Source: Candidatus Culexmicrobium cathedralense (GTDB taxonomy: Archaea; Thermoproteota; Methanomethylicia; Culexarchaeales; Culexmicrobiaceae). Taken from it: DNA of 64,000 bases. The translations under genes were made by a program, and so were the position numbers. The stretch covers positions 416,001-480,000 of the forward strand of contig JANZKC010000001.1 in NCBI GenBank assembly GCA_025061115.1, written 5' to 3'. Positions 50,251 to 60,340 of the stretch are shown here, one piece after another. The notes beneath the pieces were generated by a model. That model had not been told where the DNA came from and searched no databases. It saw only the letters and a list, made by a program, of their open reading frames with translations. Numbering within the stretch: position 1 is the first letter of the stretch; every line of letters begins with the position of its first letter.

Positions 50251-50538
50251 CTACCTTAAAGGCCTCCTAATAGTTGCAATTGAATTATCCGCAATGCCCA
50301 GCTCCCGCATTTCCTCAGCGCTAGCCCAAACTTCCCTTAAAGGCACTTTGCCGTCAGGCCTAACGCTTAAGATGCACTTGCGCTTTCCACTAATCACAAC
50401 TTCAATCTCATCAGCAATTTGAAGCTCCTGCATCATTTGGGGGTTCATCTTGGCATTTCCAGGCTCAATTTCAGGCTTCCGCCTAACCCTCAGCCTGCGC
50501 TCGGGAGGTCTATTCACATCGATCACCAGCTTAAACAT
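50251..50538 (-). CDS. Small double-psi beta-barrel (CDC48-N-like) protein
   Basis: Internal repeat MNPQMMQELQIAD / ASAEEMRELGIAD. Confidence 0.65.
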   Translation of the reverse strand: MFKLVIDVNRPPERRLRVRRKPEIEPGNAKMNPQMMQELQIADEIEVVISGKRKCILSVRPDGKVPLREVWASAEEMRELGIADNSIATIRRPLR

Positions 50539-50578
50539 TTAATTTACAGTAATATTTTAATTGAACGCTGGTGGAAGC

Positions 50579-50800
50579 TTGAGGAGACAGCGCCGTAAAA
50601 TCAGAATTGGAGATCGAGTGGAATATCAAGTGACTGGAACAAGAGGAGTTGTTGTAAAGCTGAAGCGAATTAAAGGCAAATATTGGGCGCTAATTGATCC
50701 AATAAAAATGTGGATTGACACTTCGAAGCTAGTGCTAATAGAAGAAGCTAAAGGGGAGCTCCAAGCTCGTGAAACTCAAGCTGGCCCGAAAGATACTTGA
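50579..50800 (+). CDS. DUF2098-like small SH3-fold protein
   Basis: IRIGDRVEY..TGTRGVV..LK...GK.WALID....W.D...L. Confidence 0.6.
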   Translation: MRRQRRKIRIGDRVEYQVTGTRGVVVKLKRIKGKYWALIDPIKMWIDTSKLVLIEEAKGELQARETQAGPKDT

Positions 50801-52484
50801 GAATTAAATTCTCTAGACCCTCCACCTTAACTCTAACCTGCTTCCAAGAATCTCTATCTCTCAGCGTTACAGTCTCATCTTCAAGAGACTGATAATCTAT
50901 GGTGACGGCAATTGGAACTCCAACCTCATCAGCCCTCGCATACCTCCTACCTATCGAGCCGGACTCGTCGTACTCAACTCTTAAGCCACTTCTTCTAAGG
51001 CGCTCATAAACCATGCGAGCAAACTCGGGAAGACCATTCCTACTTACAAGTGGAAATACGCACACCTGTATTGGCGCAACATCCCTAGGAAGCTTCAACA
51101 CAACTCGCCCCTCCTTCTCCGAGTAAGCATATTCAAGCGTTGCATACACTATCCTATCAGCACCAAACGATGGCTCAACAACTTGTGGAATAAAACGCCT
51201 ACCCTTAACTTCATTAACTTCCTTAGAAATTATCAAGCCATCCCTACCAAGCTTAAATCCAGCTACCTCAACAAAACCCTTTTCCTCAAGCTCTTTAACC
51301 ACATATTCCGGATCGATCGCCTTAAGAGCCTCAGCAATCCTCTTAGCTTCAGACCTAAACTTTCTACCCAAAATGCTCATGTTAGGCTTGACCACCGTAA
51401 CTTCAATTTTCATAGGCTTAGGGTAAGGCTTAAACACCCTCAAGTCAACTCCACTATACTCCATGTGCCTCCTTAAGTCATAGTCGGTTCGATGCGAATA
51501 ACCTGCAATTTCAACCCACCCCCACCTCTCCAATTTCACCACTTGATCATAGGTTTGAGCTGAGTAGTGCGCTCGCTCCTCCGGCAATTTTTCAATAAAC
51601 ATTTGACACTTCTCTGGAATGCCTAAGCTCTCAGCAAATTGCTTGCCTAGAACCATGAAGTAGGCTCCCCACTCATTCAGAATTAAACCAGTTTCAACAG
51701 CTTCCCCCGCAGTTACAAATCTAGGTTCCTTCACTCCAGCTCTAATGTCAGCCTCCGGAAGAAGCGGAAGAACCTCATCTCTATAATCTCCAAAAAGCGG
51801 GCATTTAGGCTCCTTAGGGTCGAAAAACAACTCCAATTCCATAATCGTAAATTCCCTAAGCCTAATTGGACCCTGCCTTGGAGAAATCTCATTCCTCAAA
51901 ACCTTACCAACCTGCGCTATTCCAAGTGGAAGCTTATTTCGCATAACCTCATAAACCCTCTTAAAAGCTAAAAACATGCCTTGCGCAGCTTCGGGCCTGG
52001 CATAGCCTACATTTTCACTATAAGGACCAATAGTCGTTTTAAACAGCAAATTGAAAGCCTTAACTTCTCCAAGCTTCCCTCCGCACTCGGGACACACAAC
52101 CCCCTTCTCAATTATTATGGAGGTAAGCTCGTCAGCCGATAAAGCTTCAACACCCTTAATGCCGGCTTGCTCCTCAATTAAGTGGTCAGCTCTAAACATC
52201 CTATGGCATACAGTGCACTCGACAATATAGTCAGTGAAATGCTCCAAGTGCCCTGAAGCCTCAAAGACTTTCGAGGGCATAACAATCGGAGTTTCAATTT
52301 CAACTATGAAATCCTGATGCCTAAGAACAAACCACCTTCTCCACTTCTCCTCAATATTCCTCTTCAATAAGGCGCCTAAAGGCCCGAAATCCATGAAGCC
52401 CCTAACTCCTCCATAAAGCTCAGATGCGGGCCAGAGGAAGCCCCTCCTCCTAGCTAGCTCCATAATCTTATCATACTTGTCCAA
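50748..52484 (-). CDS. glyS: Glycine--tRNA ligase (alpha2 type)
   Basis: LARRRGF, ASGH, RPEAAQG, RNEISPRQG..RLREF, EPSFG.DR, SIGRRYARADE. Confidence 0.97.
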   Translation of the reverse strand: MDKYDKIMELARRRGFLWPASELYGGVRGFMDFGPLGALLKRNIEEKWRRWFVLRHQDFIVEIETPIVMPSKVFEASGHLEHFTDYIVECTVCHRMFRADHLIEEQAGIKGVEALSADELTSIIIEKGVVCPECGGKLGEVKAFNLLFKTTIGPYSENVGYARPEAAQGMFLAFKRVYEVMRNKLPLGIAQVGKVLRNEISPRQGPIRLREFTIMELELFFDPKEPKCPLFGDYRDEVLPLLPEADIRAGVKEPRFVTAGEAVETGLILNEWGAYFMVLGKQFAESLGIPEKCQMFIEKLPEERAHYSAQTYDQVVKLERWGWVEIAGYSHRTDYDLRRHMEYSGVDLRVFKPYPKPMKIEVTVVKPNMSILGRKFRSEAKRIAEALKAIDPEYVVKELEEKGFVEVAGFKLGRDGLIISKEVNEVKGRRFIPQVVEPSFGADRIVYATLEYAYSEKEGRVVLKLPRDVAPIQVCVFPLVSRNGLPEFARMVYERLRRSGLRVEYDESGSIGRRYARADEVGVPIAVTIDYQSLEDETVTLRDRDSWKQVRVKVEGLENLILKYLSGQLEFHELGAPL

Positions 52485-52516
52485 GGCTTGCTACCCCACA
52501 CCCTAAGCACTTCAAT

Positions 52517-52855
52517 TTAATTGGGAAGAGGAAGTTTTAATGGTTTTTGAAAGTCCTTAAGCTTAGACTCATCAGCCTCAATTTCAAGAACATCTCTGGA
52601 GGCACTTAGCTTAACAATGCAACTCGACGCTAATGACCATGCCAAGTATAAGCTTAACCTACTAAATTCAGGAAATAACATCTCAATAATAAATTTCCTC
52701 AAATAACTGCTACCTGACAGCACGAGGAAGGCGAATCCGGAGCTCACAAACTCCCTTACATATAGCTCGCTCTTAAATTCAGGCAAATGCCTCTCCAAAA
52801 GCCACTCTTCAAAGTCCTTCAAGCTCACCTTCAACCTCTTCAATTCACTCCCCAA
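52517..52855 (-). CDS. Hypothetical protein
   Basis: 112-aa ORF filling the gap upstream of glyS on the same strand. Confidence 0.55.
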   Translation of the reverse strand: MGSELKRLKVSLKDFEEWLLERHLPEFKSELYVREFVSSGFAFLVLSGSSYLRKFIIEMLFPEFSRLSLYLAWSLASSCIVKLSASRDVLEIEADESKLKDFQKPLKLPLPN

Positions 52856-52909
52856 AGCACAAAAAAGGAGAAGTTAAATATTTTTATCTGAACATTAGCT
52901 GTAAGAGCG

Positions 52910-53815
52910 ATGAAAGCAATAGAATTCTACTTAAGCAAAAGCAACATGCTCTTCGGAGGATTCGAGAGCAATTTGGAAGAAGCTGAATTCGTGGTTTTTG
53001 GAGTGCCATTCGACGCCACATCAACCTACAGGCCTGGGTCGAGGTTCGCTCCATTAGCAATTAGAAATGCAGCATTAAACCTCGAAACCTACAGCTTCAG
53101 ATCAGGCATCGACGCCCAAGAATTAAAAATACACGACGCTGGAGACATAATATCAATCAACGACATCCAAAGCACAATTAAAAGCGTAAGTGAAGTGACA
53201 AGAGAACTACTTAACCTAGGCAAAGTCCCAGTAATAATCGGCGGAGAGCACACGATAACCTACGGAGCGGTAAAGGCCATCCAAAACGTAGGAGCAGTAA
53301 TTTTCGACGCGCACTTAGACTTAAGAGACCAATATCCAATAGGAGTTAAGTGGAGCCACGCAACAGTTACGCGAAGAATCACCGAACTCATTGGAAGCAG
53401 CAAAGTGGTATGTGTAGGGGTGAGGGCAGTATGCAGGGAGGAGTATGAACATGCAGCTCGAAATGAACTGCTATACGTGACTTCCCATGAAGTAATTGAA
53501 GAAGGAGTCAAAGCCACAGCAGAGAAAGTTAAGGAATTAATAGATAAAAATGAATTCGAAAAAATATGGCTTTCAATAGACTTAGACGTGCTAGACCCAT
53601 CAAGCGCCCCAGGAGTTGCAAATCCAGAGCCAGAAGGTTTGACAGTTAAGCAGCTTCTAGACTTCATAAGTGAAATCATAAACAATAAAATTGTGGGATT
53701 CGACGTGGTTGAAGCCACACCAGCATTCGACCTAGGAATAACTGCAATTCAAGCAGCAAAAATAATTCTAGAAACCTGTTGCTTAATTCACAGAACTAGA
53801 CTTTCAACCTCTTAA
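52910..53815 (+). CDS. speB: Agmatinase
   Basis: GVPFD.T.TYRPG.RFAP, GGEHTIT, FDAHLD, SHA, SIDLDVLDPS.APG. Confidence 0.95.
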   Translation: MKAIEFYLSKSNMLFGGFESNLEEAEFVVFGVPFDATSTYRPGSRFAPLAIRNAALNLETYSFRSGIDAQELKIHDAGDIISINDIQSTIKSVSEVTRELLNLGKVPVIIGGEHTITYGAVKAIQNVGAVIFDAHLDLRDQYPIGVKWSHATVTRRITELIGSSKVVCVGVRAVCREEYEHAARNELLYVTSHEVIEEGVKATAEKVKELIDKNEFEKIWLSIDLDVLDPSSAPGVANPEPEGLTVKQLLDFISEIINNKIVGFDVVEATPAFDLGITAIQAAKIILETCCLIHRTRLSTS

Positions 53816-53939
53816 CAATTGGAGGCCTAACCTTATAGAAAATCCTGTAATTGCATATCGGGCAACGCATGCCAGGTATAGATTCAAACTCCCTCAAGTC
53901 ACTTATAACATACCCGCACCTACCACACTTATACGGCAT
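53796..53939 (-). CDS. rpoP: DNA-directed RNA polymerase subunit P (Rpo12), 47 aa, below the ORF-track cutoff
   Basis: MPYKCGRCGYVISDLREFESIPGMRCPICNYRIFYKVRPPIVKRLKV*, preceded by GGTGAGGTGA. Confidence 0.95.
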   Translation of the reverse strand: MPYKCGRCGYVISDLREFESIPGMRCPICNYRIFYKVRPPIVKRLKV

Positions 53940-54050
53940 TCACCTCACCACACTATGACTGCAGCAAGTCGAATATATCTCTGACGTTTATGCAAGTAAA
54001 GGCTTATAAGAGGTAAGTGCAAGTAATTTTCACTGGAGCTTGAGAGATAT

Positions 54051-54365
54051 ATGCCTACGAGCGACATATGCCCAATTTGCGGGCTGCCAAAGGACCTGTG
54101 CGTTTGCCAATCAATAGCAAGGGAACAGCAGAGAATCAAAGTTAAAGTTGAGAAGAGAAAGTGGGGTAGGGAAGTCACAATAATAGATGGCATCATGGAC
54201 AAAGACGTTGACCTCTATGAAATCGCAGCCATCCTAAAAAGCAAGCTAGCATGCGGCGGAACAGCAAAAAACGGCAGAATTGAGCTACAGGGAAATCACA
54301 AAGCCAGAGTAAAGGAACTGCTAATTGAACTTGGATTTCCAGCAGAAAACATAGACATAGAGTAG
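54051..54365 (+). CDS. Translation initiation factor aIF1 (SUI1)
   Basis: CPICGLP.DLC.C, LKSKLACGGT.K.GRIELQG.H. Confidence 0.95.
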   Translation: MPTSDICPICGLPKDLCVCQSIAREQQRIKVKVEKRKWGREVTIIDGIMDKDVDLYEIAAILKSKLACGGTAKNGRIELQGNHKARVKELLIELGFPAENIDIE

Positions 54366-54401
54366 ATTTAAACCAGCAACGAGCTCGAGCAAAGCAGTAG
54401 T

Positions 54402-55856
54402 TTACATGCTAGACCTATGAAACTCCCCAGGCAAGTAAATTCCGTGGGGCTTCATCTCCTCAGCGCCTAAATGCGTAAGCCAAGCAACCCTAGCTTTTTC
54501 CCAAAGCTCTGCAATACTTCTACAGCCAGCATAGCCCATCGCAGCTTTCAGCCCAGCAACAAGCTCAGCCACAACGCTCGCTACATCACCTCTATAGGGA
54601 ACCCAGCCCTCAACGCCTTCAGCAATATCCTTGGAAGGCACGGAATACCTATCCAACGCGTACCGCTTAGCTCTCGCCGACCTACTAGCCATCCCCCTAT
54701 ACTGCTTATAATACCTACCGCCAATAGCAACTAAAGTTCCAGGAGCCTCCCTACAGCCCGCAAAGAGGTTTCCCATCATGGCAGCCCAAGCCCCCAGCGC
54801 AAGCGCCAATGCAATGTCTCCCGACGACCTAATTCCACCATCAGCTATTATTGGAAGCTTAACGCCATAGTCTTCAAGCGCGTCGGCAACCTGAACAGTA
54901 GCAAAGAGCGTTGGAGCCCCAGCTTTAGTCACCTCATACGTAGAGCATATCGATCCCGACGCGATGCCCACCCTCAAACCAGCTACCCCGTCAATTCCAG
55001 TTATAACGTCAACGGCAGCCTCATAGGTACCTATGTTGCCCACAATCACATCAGCATTCACATTCTTAACGAGCTTCTTCGTTGCACGCATTACGTTCTC
55101 ATTATGGAAGTGAGCTACATCAACCACCAAAATGTCAACGTACTTATCCAAAGCTTTGGCTCTCTCCAAGTCGAAAGGCGAAATGGCAGCTGCGCATAAA
55201 AGTTGACCTTCCTCATTTCTAGCTGCATTGGGAAACTTCTCCCTAGCCCTTATGTCCTTGAAGGTTATTAAGCCAACAAGCCTGCCATCATCATCAACAA
55301 CTGGAAGCTTCTCAATCCTATACTTATGAAGAAGCTTCTTAGCCTCCTCAATAGTTATTGAAGGCGATGCAGTTACAACTTCTCTAGTCATCACCTCCCT
55401 AATTTTCAGCTTAGGATCAGCAAAGCGAACATCCCTTCCAGTAAGTATACCCACAAGCTTACCATCATCAACTACGGGAAAGCCGGAAATGGAGAAGCGC
55501 CTCATCAACTCAAGAGCCCGCTCAACCTCATCATCAGGACTAACGGTGATAACATCCCTAATAATGAAAGACTCAGCCCTCCTAACCTGCCTAGCCATCT
55601 CAACTTGCTCTTCAACGCTGCAATTCCTGTGAAGCACCCCCAAACCACCAAGCCTAGCTAAAGCTATTGCCATCTCACTTTCAGTCACAGTATCCATGGG
55701 AGATGAGACAAACGGAATGTTCAATTGATAATTCGTAGTCACCATCGTCTTCAGGTCAACTTCCCTAGGCTCGAAGTAAGCCTTACCCGGCAAAATTATT
55801 AGATCCCTAAATGTGAAGGCTACCTGCGCACCCTTAACCTTGTCGCTAAAGCGCAT
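54402..55856 (-). CDS. guaB: IMP dehydrogenase with CBS pair
   Basis: SSPMDTVTE, GLGVLHRN, SGSICST, IADGGI, YRGMAS, EGVEG. Confidence 0.96.
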   Translation of the reverse strand: MRFSDKVKGAQVAFTFRDLIILPGKAYFEPREVDLKTMVTTNYQLNIPFVSSPMDTVTESEMAIALARLGGLGVLHRNCSVEEQVEMARQVRRAESFIIRDVITVSPDDEVERALELMRRFSISGFPVVDDGKLVGILTGRDVRFADPKLKIREVMTREVVTASPSITIEEAKKLLHKYRIEKLPVVDDDGRLVGLITFKDIRAREKFPNAARNEEGQLLCAAAISPFDLERAKALDKYVDILVVDVAHFHNENVMRATKKLVKNVNADVIVGNIGTYEAAVDVITGIDGVAGLRVGIASGSICSTYEVTKAGAPTLFATVQVADALEDYGVKLPIIADGGIRSSGDIALALALGAWAAMMGNLFAGCREAPGTLVAIGGRYYKQYRGMASRSARAKRYALDRYSVPSKDIAEGVEGWVPYRGDVASVVAELVAGLKAAMGYAGCRSIAELWEKARVAWLTHLGAEEMKPHGIYLPGEFHRSSM

Positions 55857-55942
55857 GGCAAACACCCTAATTTTTTAAAGTAGGAACCACATTTTCGCTT
55901 ATTAAGATAGTGGTTCCACCGCTTCATGGGGGAACCTCAACA

Positions 55943-57208
55943 ATGAAAGTTGAGATGCCCTTCAACGTTATGAAAGAGAACATTACAGTAGAGCTCCCAG
56001 ACGATCAACACGTACAAGTAATAACGCCCAAGCCAATTGAAGCCAGAAGCATTGAAAGCGAAGTGAAAAGAGCATTAAGAAACAGCTACTTTAAAAGAAT
56101 CATGAAAAAAGTGGGTGAGGGCAGTAGAGTAGCAATACTCATAGATGACCACACCCGCCCAACTCCAACCAAGGAAGTTCTACCAATAATCATCAATGAA
56201 ATTGAAGCTAGAGGAGGAAGCGTCGAAGTAATTTATGCAAAAGGAACCCACGACCCACCACCTCCACACTTCCTAGAGAAGAAGGTAAGCCGGGAAATAC
56301 TGGAAAAATACAGCTTCACCATGCACGACGCATATCACGGCGACTACACTTTCAAAGGCCTAACCAGCCTTGGAACGCCAGTGTGGATAAACAGCTTAGC
56401 TGCAAACGCGGATATAAGGATAGGCATAGGATCAATATTTCCCTCCGAAGTCGCAGGATTTACCGGCGGCTGCAAAATTCTCCTCCCAGGAATATCATCG
56501 TACTTAACAATAAATAGGAATCACTCCCTCTTCATATCCCCAAAAGCAAAAATCGGAAGCATGACTGAAAACCCAGTACGCAAAGACATCGACGAAGCAG
56601 GGTTAATCGGCGAATTAAATGCGATAATAAACTTCGTAATGACGGCAGACGGAAGAGTCGTAAAGGCATTCTCAGGACATCCCATCAAAGCCCATCGATC
56701 CGGAGTAAAACTGTGCAGAGAAATATATGAGAGGAAAATCGAATGCAAAGCAGATCTCATAATTATCTCCCCTGGTGGAACCGAAGACATAGACTTTGTC
56801 CAGGCGGTTAAAGCAATATTCATGGCAGACGCAATATGCAAAGATGGAGGAACAATAATTCTCGTGGCAGCATGTCCGCTCGGCACCCAATGGCCCGAGC
56901 TGGAAGAGTACCTCCATGAAGTGCGCAGCAAGAACAAGAGCCGCGAGCAAATTTTAAAGGACATCATAAGCGGAAAAATTGAAAGCATCATGGGCGCAAT
57001 ACTTTACAAAAAATATCACCTAATAATTGAAAAAAGAAAGAAGATACTCGTATACACTAAAGGCCTAAACCGCGAGCAGATAAGCAACCTAGGATTCGAA
57101 CCAATAGAAGACCTACAAAGCACCGTGAATGAAGAAGTAAAAAATAAGCGCAGAATTTTAGTTCTACCTTATGGTGCCTACAATTGGGTTAAAGTGGAGG
57201 GAGATTAA
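55943..57208 (+). CDS. Nickel-pincer-dependent lactate racemase family (LarA homolog)
   Basis: DDHTRPTP, GTH, G.TS.GTPV.IN, AGFTGG.K..LPG, NH, QAVKA, GGTII..A.C. Confidence 0.9.
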   Translation: MKVEMPFNVMKENITVELPDDQHVQVITPKPIEARSIESEVKRALRNSYFKRIMKKVGEGSRVAILIDDHTRPTPTKEVLPIIINEIEARGGSVEVIYAKGTHDPPPPHFLEKKVSREILEKYSFTMHDAYHGDYTFKGLTSLGTPVWINSLAANADIRIGIGSIFPSEVAGFTGGCKILLPGISSYLTINRNHSLFISPKAKIGSMTENPVRKDIDEAGLIGELNAIINFVMTADGRVVKAFSGHPIKAHRSGVKLCREIYERKIECKADLIIISPGGTEDIDFVQAVKAIFMADAICKDGGTIILVAACPLGTQWPELEEYLHEVRSKNKSREQILKDIISGKIESIMGAILYKKYHLIIEKRKKILVYTKGLNREQISNLGFEPIEDLQSTVNEEVKNKRRILVLPYGAYNWVKVEGD

Positions 57209-58557
57209 TGGCAGTTACAATTAGGGAAGTAGGATTCATAAGAGTTGGAGCTCACAGCCACATCAAAGGATTAGGGCTGAAAAACGGAAAAGCACTCATG
57301 AAAGCAGATGGAATGGTTGGACAAATAGAAGCTAGAGAAGCAGCGGGAATAATCGTCGAACTAATAAAACAAGGCAAAATGGCGGGAAGAGGCATACTGC
57401 TAGCTGGCCCCCCAGGCACTGGAAAAACCGCAATTGCAGTTGCAATAGCAAAAGAATTGGGTGAAGACGTGCCATTCATAGCAATTTCCGGCTCAGAAAT
57501 ATATTCAAGCGAGCTAAAAAAGACGGAAGTGCTGATGCAAGCCATGAGAAAAGCAATAGGAGTTAGAATTCATGAATTCAGAAAGGTCTATGAAGGAATG
57601 GTATCAGACCTAGACCTAAAAATGACAAGACACCCATACAACCCATATCAGCAAATACCTGAAAGCGCCAAACTAAAACTAAAAACCAAAAGTGAAGAAA
57701 AAACATTAACAGTAGGATCATCAATAGCAATGGAACTAATATCCCGCGGAATAAGCGTTGGAGACGTAATATGGATCGACGCAGAAACAGGCAGGGTAAC
57801 CAAGCTTGGAAAATGCAAGGACTATGAAGGCCCAAAATACGACATTGAGGCAGAAGCACAAGTATCAATGCCGGAAGGCGCAGTCCTCAAGGAAAAGGAG
57901 TTCGTCTACACAATTACTCTCCACGACCTAGATGTGAGGATGCACAGCAGGTCAGGGGGAATATTCAGCCTACTATTCGGAGGAAGAGAAGAAAAGGAGA
58001 TACCGCCAGACGTAAGGCAGGAAGTAGACAACCTAGTTAAAAAGTGGGTTGATGAAGGAAGAGCAGAAATAATTCCAGGAGTCATGTTCATAGATGAAGC
58101 TTCAGCCCTAGACATTGAAGCATTCTCATTCCTAGGCAGAGCAATGGAAGGCGAGCTAGCGCCAATAATAATACTAGCAACCAACAGAGGAATAACCAAA
58201 ATAAGAGGAACAGACATAAAATCCCCCCACGGCATACCGTTGGACATACTCGACAGGTTGATGATAATAACGACAAGAAAGTACGAAGCTGAAGAAATCA
58301 GAGAAATACTCAAGATAAGAGCCAGCGAAGAAGGAGTTAAGCTAAGTGAAAAAGCCCTGGAAGAGCTAACTAAAATAGGAGAAGAAACCTCCCTAAGATA
58401 CGTCGTCCAAATGCTCACACCCGCCCAAATAGTAGCCCGAAGAAATAGAAGAGAAGAAGTGCTGCCTGAAGATGTGGAGGAAGTTAGAAAACTATTTGCT
58501 GACGTTAAGCAATCAACAAAATACTTGAAGGAGCACGAGGAAGAGATGCTGAAGTAG
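57208..58557 (+). CDS. TIP49/RuvBL AAA+ ATPase (TBP-interacting protein 49)
   Basis: GAHSHIKGLGL, G.VGQ..AREAAG, GPPGTGKTA, TLHDLD, PGVMFIDE, ATNRG, PHGIP.D.LDR. Confidence 0.96.
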   Translation: MAVTIREVGFIRVGAHSHIKGLGLKNGKALMKADGMVGQIEAREAAGIIVELIKQGKMAGRGILLAGPPGTGKTAIAVAIAKELGEDVPFIAISGSEIYSSELKKTEVLMQAMRKAIGVRIHEFRKVYEGMVSDLDLKMTRHPYNPYQQIPESAKLKLKTKSEEKTLTVGSSIAMELISRGISVGDVIWIDAETGRVTKLGKCKDYEGPKYDIEAEAQVSMPEGAVLKEKEFVYTITLHDLDVRMHSRSGGIFSLLFGGREEKEIPPDVRQEVDNLVKKWVDEGRAEIIPGVMFIDEASALDIEAFSFLGRAMEGELAPIIILATNRGITKIRGTDIKSPHGIPLDILDRLMIITTRKYEAEEIREILKIRASEEGVKLSEKALEELTKIGEETSLRYVVQMLTPAQIVARRNRREEVLPEDVEEVRKLFADVKQSTKYLKEHEEEMLK

Positions 58558-58562
58558 GAGGA

Positions 58563-59117
58563 ATGAAAATAAACTTCAGTGGGAAACCGATAACAATAAA
58601 ATCCAAAACCATACCAGAAGCCATTCTGAAAACCCTAAAAATAGCGATGAAGGCAATTAAAAGCGGAACCTCAAAGCTAAGCAACTTACTAATAGAGGTT
58701 AGAAATCCAGAAGTACGCCCATTAAGCTGCATTCAATTAAACATCACCGATGAAGAAATAATAGAAGAATACTACAGGGCAGTCACGGAGAAAAGCAGTG
58801 CGAAAAACGCGCTGACCTCAGCAATCTCAACGCTCAAAGTAGGAGAAGAGGCAGAAATACCTTTAAATGCACTTAGCAAAGCAACTGGATTAATAACATT
58901 AAGAATCCAAGAAACTTCAATACAACCAACAATAATAATACTCAACTGCAAATCGCTAAAACAACTAAACATGCAACTAGGAATCACACAAATACTGCAA
59001 GAAGACTTGTCAATATCATTAGGGCTCGAACCAAGCTTCATAGTATCTTTTCTACCTACACTCAAACTAAGCATCCATGAAATTCGGCAAACATCATCCA
59101 AACGCAGTGAAAGCTAG
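58563..59117 (+). CDS. Hypothetical protein, possible degenerate thymidylate-synthase (ThyA)-fold protein
   Basis: IKSKTIPEA..K, NLLIEVRNP, EEY, LGLEP echo archaeal ThyA; catalytic PC and RSxD are absent. Confidence 0.5.
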   Translation: MKINFSGKPITIKSKTIPEAILKTLKIAMKAIKSGTSKLSNLLIEVRNPEVRPLSCIQLNITDEEIIEEYYRAVTEKSSAKNALTSAISTLKVGEEAEIPLNALSKATGLITLRIQETSIQPTIIILNCKSLKQLNMQLGITQILQEDLSISLGLEPSFIVSFLPTLKLSIHEIRQTSSKRSES

Positions 59118-60338
59118 TCCAACAACGCTAATAACTGAAATGATTATCGTTATAAACCAGCAAAAAGCCTTCACCAAGCCGGCGTGAACATCCTCTGGAA
59201 AACGAATGCCGGTGAAGAGCAGTGAAAGGAAGATCAGTGGAATAGGCGAGAGCACGCATGTGAGAGCAGAAGCATTAATCACCAATTTAAGCGGAGAAGC
59301 GCCAAACGCGAGAAATAGAGGTGCTATTAAAAAGCTTACAGAAGCAAGAATAATTTTCCAGCCAGACAAAATTGCAGCTCTAATTCGAAGCACTTCAGCC
59401 AAGTCATCAACAAGCTCATCTAATATTTTAAGATTGGATATCGCGGCAACAGCAGATCGCAAAAATGATGAAGCCACAGCTCCAAAGGCAAGCATATATA
59501 CTACCACGTCGCCTAAAGCAGGCTTCAAAGCGAGGATCGCCTCCTCAACACTATCAATAACCAAACCTTTAGGATAAAGCTGGGAGGCACATGTAATTAA
59601 TATTGAGGCGTCAACCAAAATACCCATAAACACGCCCACCATCATCCCAACAAATTCCAGCGTCAACACGCCATAGCCCTTAGGCTTCTTAGAAGCCTCC
59701 GAAGCTTCAAACAATAGGGAATCCCCTGAAATTTGAGTTCCAATAATAGCCATGAGAGTAAGCATGAAGTCCCTTGAAGGGTGAAACTCAACCGACAAGA
59801 AGCCCCTTACGAGGCCCCCTAATGGGGGACTAGAAAGAATTGCAGCAGGCACGCACACTATCATTATAAAACTAGTCATCACCAAGACGTTTTTAATAGT
59901 TTGAGAATAACTCTTAACTGAAAGAACGCAGATTAGAAGTGAAAGTAAAGGAGCCCACAAAGTTATAGAAAACCCGACAATGGATGATAAAAGCGAGGAG
60001 CTGCCAGCAATTTCAGCAGTAATTATAGCTACATTAGCTGATGAAATCAGGAAAGCAACAAAAACAGCAACAAAATGGCCATACCGCATCTTAATATTAG
60101 AGAGAAAACCGCACTTGGTAGCCAAACCTACTTGAGCAGTAATCTGCAATATGAAAAATGAGAAGAAGAACAGAAGAACCAAAGACCATAAAAGTGAGAA
60201 GCCATAAGCTGACCCAGCATACCCAAAAGTAGCCAAATCCACGATGCCCACACAAGACACGCCGGCAATCAATGCCGGCACAATTAACCTCAAATAATTA
60301 GCAGAGTCGGAGGGCTCCGTCCCGCACAAAAAAATCAC
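59094..60338 (-). CDS. NRAMP/SLC11 family divalent metal transporter (divergent)
   Basis: AT...AGSAYGFSLLW, GLAT..G, AEIAG, AIIGTQIS, ALKPALG; about 11 TM. Confidence 0.8.
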   Translation of the reverse strand: MIFLCGTEPSDSANYLRLIVPALIAGVSCVGIVDLATFGYAGSAYGFSLLWSLVLLFFFSFFILQITAQVGLATKCGFLSNIKMRYGHFVAVFVAFLISSANVAIITAEIAGSSSLLSSIVGFSITLWAPLLSLLICVLSVKSYSQTIKNVLVMTSFIMIVCVPAAILSSPPLGGLVRGFLSVEFHPSRDFMLTLMAIIGTQISGDSLLFEASEASKKPKGYGVLTLEFVGMMVGVFMGILVDASILITCASQLYPKGLVIDSVEEAILALKPALGDVVVYMLAFGAVASSFLRSAVAAISNLKILDELVDDLAEVLRIRAAILSGWKIILASVSFLIAPLFLAFGASPLKLVINASALTCVLSPIPLIFLSLLFTGIRFPEDVHAGLVKAFCWFITIIISVISVVGLAFTAFG

Positions 60339-60340
60339 CT

